Assembly: GCA_951406725.2 (NCBI GenBank)
Contig: OX597820.1
Location: 26,660,001-26,724,000 of the forward strand
Direction of reading: 5' to 3'
Origin: Octopus vulgaris
Lineage: Eukaryota
Length of the DNA stretch: 64,000 nucleotides
Below, piece after piece: positions 53,685 through 64,000 of the stretch. The notes beneath the pieces were generated by a model. That model ran no database searches. It saw nothing but the letters and a program-made list of their open reading frames with translations, and had not been told where the DNA came from. The position numbers and the translations under genes were made by a program. How positions within the stretch are numbered: position 1 is the stretch's first letter; every line of letters starts with the position of its first letter.

Positions 53685-53731
53685 TTTCTCTCTCTCCCTT
53701 TCACCCCTCTCTCTCTTTCACGCGCACATAT

Positions 53732-53762
<31 letters not shown>

Positions 53763-55280
53763 GCCTCCTACTCTCTGAATCAATCCTTCCTTATCGCCTT
53801 CATTTTGTTTTTCTACTCCATGTTTTTCTGTACACACACACACACACACATATACACACAAACACACACACACATACACATATATACATGCAGAGACCGA
53901 GAGAGAGAGAGAGAAAGGGAGAGAGAGAAAGAGAGAGAGAGAGAGAGAAAGAAAGAGAGAAAGAAAGAGGAAGAAAGAGAGAAAGAGAGAGAGAGAGGGC
54001 TGCATTCGTACATTGATCCATTTATATACATGCACACAAACCACACACACACATACACACACACATACACACGCACACATATACATTGTATATACATAAG
54101 AATATGCAAATTCAGATACATGCATCAACAGGAATGTCAGTATGTGTGTGTGTGCGTGTGTAATATATTGAAAAATAGTCAGTGTTTCTTCTCAGACGAA
54201 AGTCAGTCTCAATACGGTACACTTCTTTTCTTCCACGGGCTTCTAATATCCTAACAAAGGCATTAACTTTTTCTGTATTATGTTTTTTGTTTTACCAGAC
54301 GACCTTCGGATTTCTTGTACATCATTGTCCATACACACACACACACATACAAACACACACACACACGTATATATGTTTAGCTCTAAAGATAAAAGCTCAC
54401 TCCTTAACTGTATATTGTCATAGCTAATACCCTTTGATCAGCTGATAGCGTAACAGTTGTCTCCCTTGCCTGCTTTTTTATTTTTAGATTTGAATGCTCC
54501 TTAAGGGAGTTTTATTTTCTTTCTTGCTGTCTACAAATTCAGAAATAATTTCGGATGATTCATTTATGAGAGTAAACTCCCGTATTTGTCGTAACGATGC
54601 GTCATACGGATGCGTCAAAAGTATTTTAATACTCATTTGATTCAACATGCCGTATCGAATCAAATAAGCTTAAAAAAAAAGCTGAGCTGGATAAGGATTT
54701 TCTACTCATATTGTGTATAGTATTCATTATTTATCTTTTGGCTAATTACTTGTTTCACTTATTAGTCTGTAGCACCATCTTGGAGAATTTTTAGCCATCG
54801 ATCCTAGTATTTGTTTTTCAAGCCTTGTATATATTCTACGTTGCGGAGGACGTAAACACACCAGCACTGGTTGTCAAGTGGTGGTGGATGCCACACACAC
54901 ACGCCGAGCTGCTTTCAGTTTCAGTCTACCAAATTCATTCACTAGTCTTTGGTTGGCCCAAAGCTATATAACAGAAGGCACTTGCCGAAGGTGCTACACA
55001 GTAGAACTGAACCCAGAACCATATGGTTGGGAAGCAAGCTTCTTACCACACAGCCACGCCTGCGCCTACAAATTAAATAATTCTCGCTAAAGGTGTATTT
55101 TCCTCATTATCCATCGTTGACACAGGCGGTGAATTGGCTGAGTGGTTAGAACGTCGGACAGAACGCTCGTGATATTTGTTACGACACTCTACACCTTGAG
55201 TTCGATTCCCGTCAAGGTCAATTTTAGTTTTCATCCCTTTCAGGGCCGATAAAAATGTACCATTCCAAGACGGTGGATTA

Positions 55281-55553
55281 TATATATGCGCCCTTTTCAA
55301 GCCTAGCCAGGCTCATGGGCCCGGTTTCTATGACGCCAGTCCATCGCAGCGTTACTCAAGAAACAAGAAGAAAAAGTGAGAGCAAGTTGGGGCGAAAGAG
55401 TACAACAGGGGTCGCCCCCCCCCCCTGCTGGAGCCTCGTGGAGCTTTAGGTGCTTTATTTCAATAAACACACACAACACCCGGTCTGGGAATGGAAACCG
55501 CGATCCTCCGACCGCGAGTCCGCTGCCCTAACCACTGGGCCATTGCGTCTCCA
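55281..55553 (-). mobile_element. SINE family C copy with 15-bp TSD
   Basis: CAAGACGGTGGATTA at 55266-55280 and 55554-55568. Confidence 0.9.
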
Positions 55554-56463
55554 CAAGACGGTGGATTAGCGCAACCATAAGAAATTCGAGCCGTATTCCT
55601 TGCATATTCGTTCCTGTTCTCTGCACCCTAAGTTCGAATCTTGATATAACCTATTTAGGTGGTAGACTTAAGCCACCGCTCATTCTAACACCAATTAGCA
55701 GAGTCCACTCAGTCATAAGCATTCGAGCCAGGCTAGCTGCTTGAACATACTTCTTCATAATGATTTGGATTAAACGTTCGTTTAAATTAATTCAGTTTTA
55801 TTAATGATGTTTATTCCTAATTCAGCAGGTGTTGAAAGTAATTAAATTAGTAATTAAATTATGATCTATCGGGGAAATTTATACTTTTTATTTTTCGCTC
55901 CTTCTGTCACACACATGATTATATATGGTGAGATGCATAGCTTTGTGTGTTGCACTCATGGTTGTAAGATTGTGGTTTCAATTCTTGGACCGGGCGATTC
56001 GCTGAGTTCTTGAGCAAAACGCTTCATTTAAAGACGTCCCCGTCCACTCAGCTGGCAAAAGTGAGCATCCTTCTAAAGAAGAATAACAAAGCTTCAGTCT
56101 TGGCATGGAAGTTCATAATCGTCATGGTCTATAAGCATAGCATCCGAAGAGAGAGAGAGGGAGAGAGAGAAAGAAAGAGAGAGATAAAGAGAGAGGGTGA
56201 GAGAGAGATAAAGAGAGAGGGTGAGAGAGAGGAAGAGACAGACAAATAGACAAGGGAAAAGAAAGGTTATTTACGAAAAATATTTTTATTGTCATCTCTT
56301 TCTTAATTTATTTCGTTTTGGGATTTGGTTTGCAAGATTCTTTATATGAGTTCGTGTGTTGAAGCATATTCTGTTGTGTCTGGGGAGAGTCATTTTCTTT
56401 TTGTGCCTTATAATTTAACACACTCACTGGTAAAATTTCCACTTATTTCTTATTTTTATTTTC

Positions 56464-56500
56464 CTAAAAGTTTCGTTGCGTCTTGCAACCTTTTCAATAG
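56464..56500 (-). ncRNA. U3-A8 variant hammerhead-like motif
   Basis: cta TTGAAAA g gttgc-aagac-gcaac GAAA ctt T tag. Confidence 0.55.
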
Positions 56501-56599
56501 TCTTGACTCTTAATCTACTTTTCAACGTAAAGCATAACGAGAAGATTAAATTCATTTATAGTTAAGTATTCTGTATTATTTCTCGTTATCATTCTATGT

Positions 56600-56640
56600 A
56601 CACAGACGTTTCACATATTTTTTTATATCTCATCAGTGCA
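56600..56640 (-). ncRNA. Minimal hammerhead motif with a canonical core
   Basis: tgca CTGATGA gatat-aaaaaa-atatgt GAAA c GTC tgtg; stem II imperfect. Confidence 0.55.
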
Positions 56641-57257
56641 GTTCATTAAAGTCATTTGCTTTTAGTGGTTTCCTGTTATGTATAAGTCATATGCTTACAG
56701 GAAAAGTGAAATGAAATAGAGAACTGACTGCAGATATCTTCGACCTCCAAGCTGTGCATTGTCCAATGACATTTACATATTTTAAGTTGCATGTTGCTTT
56801 AGTTGGTTTGTGTGTGTGTGTGTGAGTTCAGGTTTATGTATGTACGTATGCGTATTTATGTTTGTGTTGTGTGTATGTGTTACATGAATGTGTATGCATA
56901 TGTATAAGCGTTTATTTTGAATATTTATTAGCTGCTTGAAAATGTTGTGGTTGTGATAGTGACGGCGGTGGTGGTGCTGTCGTCGTTTAGCATTTGATTA
57001 ACCACAGGTCAGCCCTAACCGGACAAACCTGCAACCAAAGACATTCCGGTCGTGACCATCACCGTTTTTATTATTTCTAGGTATAGTTGAAAGCAAGGCT
57101 GTGTGACTAAGGAGTTTCCATCGTAACCACGTTTATCTCGAGTTTTGTTCAACTGCGGAGCACCTTGGTCAAGTGACTCTTACTATAAGACTGGGCCGAC
57201 CAATGCCATATGAATGAATGAATTTAGTGAACTGAAGCTGTGTGGAAGCCCGTTGTA

Positions 57258-57366
<109 letters not shown>

Positions 57367-57471
57367 ATGAAATATCCGTGCAATTTTGATATAGCTAAGT
57401 ATATATAGGTACACACACACATACACACATACATGGATACATACATACATACATACATACATACATGCATG

Positions 57472-57528
<57 letters not shown>

Positions 57529-57718
57529 TTTCGCTCCATTTTTTTCTCTTCTCTCCGTCTGTTTTCTCTCCTCATTCCTTTCTGCAGGAGAGCGTATGCC
57601 CGAAACATCAAAGACTTTTTTCATTTTTTCCTGAGCGTCCAACTAATACACCTTACTTCTTGTTCCCGCATTTGTGTTCGTTTTTTTAATTTTTGTTTTT
57701 CTTTTGTATAATTTTGAA

Positions 57719-57754
<36 letters not shown>

Positions 57755-57938
57755 GTGTGTATACATGTGTGTGCATATATATATATATATACACACATCA
57801 ATTTGCACATGTGACTTGTATTTAAATGTACATACGTTAGTGCATATGAAAGAACGTAGGAGGAAGGTACATATATGCGATTTTGTGTATCTGCGTGAGT
57901 GTATTTCACTGTATTTTAGACATCTCTCCACGTAATAA

Positions 57939-57975
<37 letters not shown>

Positions 57976-58413
57976 ACATACTCACTTAAATAATCCACCC
58001 ACATATATATATGCAAACACACACATATATACATACATGCATACAAATACACACACACACGTTTGTATGTATGTGTATATGTACGTGAGGGTTTGCATAT
58101 TTTACGTGTGTTTCAATGTTAATATAATTTATATTGGACGAATGCTTACGTTTATATGTATGTCTGTCCGCGCATGCGTGCTCTTGATGTAATGTGTGAG
58201 TAACTGTTGATGTGTGTGTGTGAGAACGTTTGCGTATATGGGTATGTTTGATGTATATGAGTGAATGTCTTTATGTCTGTACTGATGTTTGTACAGGTTT
58301 AGTTAGTTAGGAATGTCGCAGAGCAGAAAGTTCAAGTTGTTCCACTACTTTAGGCTTCGTTATGGAATTATCAGTTGTGTGTGACTATGTGTGTGTGCCT
58401 TTATGAGTGTATC

Positions 58414-58469
<56 letters not shown>

Positions 58470-59092
58470 GAGCAACGCGATATGATGTGTCTTGCTTAAG
58501 GATACAACGCACCACCCGATAATTATTTTACCGACCCCGAAAGGATGAAAACCAAAATCGACCTCGGTGGAATTTGAACTCAGAACGCAACACTAGTACT
58601 TATGAATTTTTATAAAGTCTGGTTCCTTTTGCCGAGCCGCTATGTTACGGGCACATAGATAACCAACATAGGTTGTCAAGCGGTGGGAACGGCACACACA
58701 CACACGCGCACACACACACACGTATCGACGACGGGTTTCCACGCAGTTTCGATCTACCTAATTCACTCCCAAAGCATTGATCGGTCCGGGGACATGGAAG
58801 AAAAAAATTTTTCTAAGGTGCTGTACAGTGGGAACGAACTTGAGACAACGTGGTTACAAAGCGAACTTCATAACCACACGGTCATACTTGCGCCTGAAGA
58901 TATTTTTTAAAACAAAATTGCAATTATTCAAGAGTGAAAAAAAATCTTAATTACGTCTTGTCTGTAATCTGCAGATTTACTTGTTAGCCTACGGTTCTAA
59001 TTTGTCTGTCTATGATTTGAATCGAGAATTTTACCTTGACGACCAGAGAATTATAATAGTATTTATTATTAATATTTACATAAGATAGCAAG

Positions 59093-60245
59093 ATGGCAGA
59101 ATTATTAGCACACCGGACAAAATGCTTACCGGAATTTCTTACGTTCTGAGTTCAAATTCCGCCGAGGTCGGATTTGCACTTCTAGCTTGATAAAATAAGT
59201 ACCGGTTGAGCACTGGAATAGATATACTCGGCTTACCCCCACCCACCAACCATCTTGCTGACCCCGTGTTAAAATTTGAAACGATTATTAATAGCTATAA
59301 TTTTGGCACATGGCAAAGAATTTTGAGGGGAAGGCGAAGCTGATTACATCAACGCCAGTACTTGACTGGTACTTATTTTATCGACCCCGAAAGGATAGAA
59401 AGAAAAATCGACCTCGGAAAAATTTGAACCCAGAATGTAAAGACAGGCGAAGTACTGCTAACCATTATTATTTTCTACTCTAGGCACAAGGTACCAAATT
59501 TTTGGGGAGGGGGCCAGTCGCTTAGATTGACCCCAGTACGCAATTTATCAACCCCGAAAGGATGACAAGTAAAGTCGACCTCCGTGGAATTTGAACTCAG
59601 AACGTAAAGTCAGACGAAATGCCGTTAAGCATTTCGCCCGGCGTGCTAACGATTCTGCCAACTCTCCGCCTTACTGCTAAGCATTATTAATAGTTATAAT
59701 GATAATGAACTTTAGACTGGTTATACAATAGTACATAATATAAATTGCCTAATTTCTAACTGTAAAAGAAAAAGAAAAAAGGTCTCAGAAACGCAAAGCT
59801 TCTGCTATCTAGAGATAGCAGAAACTTTACGGCTTTAAAGCGGCAAACTAGTAGACTCAGACTCGTTAGCACGCCAGGCAAAGTGCTTAGCGGTATTTCG
59901 TCTGCCGCTACGTTCTGAGTTCAAATTTCGCCGAGGTCGACTTTGCCTTTCATCCTTTCGGAGTCGATTAAATAAGTACCAGTTACGCACTGGAGTCGAT
60001 ATAATCGACTTAATATCCGTTTGTCTGTCCTTGTTCGCCCCCTCTGTGTTTAGCCCCTTGTGGGTAGTAAAGAAATAGGTATTTCGTCAGTCATTACGTT
60101 CTGAGTTCAAACTCTGCCGAGGTCGACTTTGCCTTTCGCCCTTTCGGGGTCAATGAAATAAGTACCAGTTGAAACCAGGGTTCGATGGACTCTACTAGCC
60201 ACTTCCCCCAAAATTTCAGGCCTTGTGCCTATAGTAGAAAGGATT
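59093..60245. mobile_element. Cluster of SINE family A copies (both strands, including a dimer at about 59863-60245)
   Basis: Family A motifs; the copy at 59471-59671 is flanked by TACTGCTAA(C/G)CATTATTA (59453-59470, 59672-59689). Confidence 0.85.
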
Positions 60246-60895
60246 TATATAGGGCTTTTATTTCTAGTTTTAACCCTTTGTCTGTCCAAAGCATTTTCAT
60301 AAGTTTGCCCCAAACGTCCATGCTTGTTTCCAGACTTTTAACCCTTGTTTCATAGATTCTGAGTAATTATAAAGCTTTCCTGTCATAAGCCCCAAGTTAA
60401 TTTGATGGTTGAAAAAAACTGGAAATATGTATCATATATAATGTATGGACACTCATGAAATATATCATGTGCATTACAGGACAGGCAAAGCTTTAAGCAA
60501 ATTACATGTATATCTCTCCTTGGCTATGCTGCTAGTCTATGAAAGATAACTTTCCCAGCAGGAGTTATTGAACTTAGTATTGCAAATAAAAAAACACAGA
60601 ATTTGTCGAGTGCAGTCACTCCTTAGAGCACTGAATTGTACGAGGGTACCCTGGTACATGGTTGATTGATTAGCTATAAATAACAGCCTCATCTCTCTGT
60701 TTCAAATCATACTCTAGCACAAGTATGGGTAATCCTGTCGGAGAAGCGGGTGGGATTAGACATAGTTCATTATCAGGAGAGCCACACTCCTAAAAAAATT
60801 TTAAGGTAATTAAAGTACCAGTAGAAACCTCCCCCAAAATTTCAGGACTTGTGCCTATAGTAGAAAGGATATATATATATATATATAAAGTAAAG

Positions 60896-60954
<59 letters not shown>

Positions 60955-60958
<4 letters not shown>

Positions 60959-61273
60959 CGAGACAAAACCACTATTTTAAAACCAAACAAGGAAAGACTT
61001 AATCAATACATAAAATTTTAATATAAATTAAATAAACCGCCACTACAATTGTTTCATGTCTACTACCGACAATCTTCAGGTGGATTTTCGATCTTCTAAT
61101 CAGTATCAAATTTTCCTTGTTTGGTTTTAAAATAGTGGTTTTGTCTCGAATTATATTATATAATATTTTACTATAAAATTGGATTTAACCCTAAATCTGA
61201 TTTTTCCCTGTAATTTTGGATTTAACCCTAAATCTGATTTTTCCCTGTAATTTTGGATTCATTCCCTAATATT

Positions 61274-61277
<4 letters not shown>
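60955..61277. mobile_element. (TA)n-inserted PLE-type mini-element with a 41-bp inverted repeat and an intact hammerhead
   Basis: 60955-60995 is the exact reverse complement of 61112-61152; tandem duplication of about 33 bp at about 61178-61258; (TA)nAAGTAAAGTA duplicated on both sides (about 60869-60897 and 61278-61314). Confidence 0.75.
61040..61083 (-). ncRNA. Intact minimal type I hammerhead ribozyme
   Basis: ccac CTGAAGA t tgtc-ggtagta-gaca t GAAA caatt GTA gtgg; stem I ccac/gtgg; palindromic ACAATTGT stem III. Confidence 0.85.
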
Positions 61278-61308
<31 letters not shown>

Positions 61309-62251
61309 AAAGTAGATCAATGATACGTTAAATAATATAGATAATATAATATAATATAGATAATATAATATAATATAATATAATATAATATAGATAATAT
61401 AATATAATAGAATGCGTTAAAGAATACAGATAATATAATATAACAGAACAAACCACTTTCGATAATATAGATAAAATATACTCTTAGAAACATAGGGTAA
61501 TGGCAACTGGAACTGCTTTCGAATCGGGCTTGACCTGGAGATGGTGGGAGTTAAGCAACAACAAAAACACACAGTGGTAATAGCAATAAACTTCTGATAT
61601 ATACGCACAGCTAATTGGATTTTGTCGATAGCGAAGTATTTTCCCTGCGGGTTTGGCTGCTTTTGCAGGAAACGCCGCTCTCTCTCCGACTCCATTTTCA
61701 TATAATGTATGTAGTATGTATGTAATATATGCATACATATATGTATATACATACATATATACATACATACATACATACATACATATGCATATACATATAT
61801 GCACATATACATACCTACATATAAATACATACATATATATATACATATACATAAATACATACATATAAATACATACATAATGTATATAGATATAATGATA
61901 TAAATAAGATATAATATATATATATATGCATATATACATACATATTATATATACCTATATGAGTACAGGACGTCACAAAACGTAAACAACATGAAATGCG
62001 AAGACAAACTTGGGTTTGCAAGCAACAAAACAATTGGAAAACAAGACAAGTAACATAAATAACAACCAACACACACATTTCTATACATATACATATTTGT
62101 ACATATATATATATATGTACATTTCGGTATATGTATATATATATTTACAAAGTTTAGAACAACAGCATTGAATGTCCCGAGGGTATGTATGTACGTATGT
62201 ATGTATGTATGTATGTATGTATGTATGTATGTATGTATGTATGTATGTATG

Positions 62252-62342
<91 letters not shown>

Positions 62343-62928
62343 TATTTTTAATCGTTTAATCGTTTCGTATTGGAAATCCTGTATTACTAATGGACTCAGG
62401 TGAAAACACGTTTGCAAACCACCCATTTCACTTTCTATCGTGTAGTTAGCATACGTTGATTAGATAGTAATCATGTCGAAAATGATCGATAGGAATATTG
62501 CCAAAATCAATATCCTCTAAGGGAAGAGGCTGAGTTGGTGCTATCGCTTGTTCCAGCTGAACAGAGCCAGACTTTTGGCGAGAAAAAAAAAAATGTTTGA
62601 ATTTTATTTTAGATAAGGTGAAATCCATCCGTATCAGTACACGTGAACCTAACACTCGCACACAGATGTACATATGTGTATATGTGTGAGTGGGCTAGAT
62701 AGATAGAGAAAAAGAGGAAGAAAGAGTGAGGGAGGGAGAGAAGGGAAGAGAGAGAGGGAGAGAGAGAGAGAGAGGGAAATAGTGAGAGTGAGAGAGTGTG
62801 TGTGTGGCAGAGAATTTGTTTCACAATCACATAGTTTCCTGTTTAGTCCCACTGCTCAGGAAAGTGTCTGCTCTAACTCCGGGCTAATCAGTGATCACAC
62901 AAAAACTGTGGGAAATCTGGCGCGTGTG

Positions 62929-62960
<32 letters not shown>

Positions 62961-63134
62961 GGTTTTCATATATCCGGAAAAGAAGCGCACTCTGAAGTAT
63001 TACAGCAGTAACATACCTTTTTAGGAAGTTAAAAGTTGGCCGGTCACTGAATGACCATTGGTTTCGCATCTGTAAAGCGCTTAGCATTATAGATGACATG
63101 TCACTCTATGGCCAAGCATAACTTTTAACTTCTA

Positions 63135-63212
<78 letters not shown>

Positions 63213-63237
63213 AATAATGATAATAATGATAATAATA

Positions 63238-63268
<31 letters not shown>

Positions 63269-63434
63269 TGATAATAATAATAATAATGATAATAATAATA
63301 ATAATAATGATGATAATAATAATGATAATAATAATAATAATAATGATGATAATAATAATAATGATAATGATAATAATAATAATAATGATAATAATAATAA
63401 TAATAATAATGATAATAATAATAATAATAATAAT

Positions 63435-63783
63435 GAGAAAATGTGGCATCTCAAGGCGGTTACAATACCAGTGATCGTAGGAGCACTAGGAATGATCAAG
63501 AAGGGAACCGAAAATTATATGAGAATGATCCCTGGCTTACCATCCCTGCAAGAAGTGCAAAAGATTGTCTTAACTGGTACATCACACGTATTGAGAAGAG
63601 CATTGTCGATGTGAGAACTGTTGCTGCTCATGTATTTTAATTTAACTTAAAAAAAAAAAAAATGAACGAACTATTGAGTTTGGTTTAATGGCCTACCAAT
63701 GTATACTATGAGTTTCTTTGCCCAAGGAGTCGGGAAGACACTCGGCAAGAAATGGAAGCAAATTTGAAAGAAGAAAAAAAAAT
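63435..63783 (+). mobile_element. 3' fragment of an RLE-type (R4/Dong-like) non-LTR retrotransposon in a (TAA)n array
   Basis: 63441-63614 encodes MWHLKAVTIPVIVGALGMIKKG...LQEVQKIVLTGTSHVLRRALSM*, the typical C-terminus after a restriction-like endonuclease; (TAA/TGA)n on both sides. Dong elements are known to target TAA repeats. Confidence 0.8.
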
Positions 63784-63808
63784 AGTAATGATAATAATAA
63801 TAATAATG

Positions 63809-63854
<46 letters not shown>

Positions 63855-63952
63855 TGATGATGATGATGATGATGATAATAATAATAATGATGATGATAAT
63901 AATAATAATAATAATAATAATAATTATGATGATGATAATAATAATAATAATA

Positions 63953-64000
<48 letters not shown>

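Overview
AT-rich, microsatellite-dense animal genomic DNA. The SINE families and repeat landscape look like an Octopus (cephalopod) genome; this is an inference. One host gene lies on the minus strand. I reconstructed four coding exons with matching splice phases (45134-45038 signal peptide, 30826-30326 Ser/Thr/Asn-rich plus EGF-like, 11084-10972 and 2486-2240 SEA-like), and the gene runs off the left edge. The rest is intronic or upstream repeat DNA. It holds two Penelope-like retroelements (one Naiad-type RT+GIY-YIG with 745-bp inverted pLTRs, one GIY-YIG fragment) nested in the (TA)n tract of a SINE. About 13 minimal hammerhead ribozyme motifs occur in microsatellite-flanked mini-elements, including C3-G8, U3-A8 and G3-C8 core variants. 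There is a long-TIR MITE whose centre is a (TTAGGG)n telomeric array, a deleted intron-containing Helitron, two non-autonomous Helitrons, an intron-containing Tc1 relic, truncated RTE and R4/Dong LINEs, and three tRNA-derived SINE families. One SINE variant appears to insert at a fixed site in its own family. Most ORFs in the supplied track are microsatellite artefacts.
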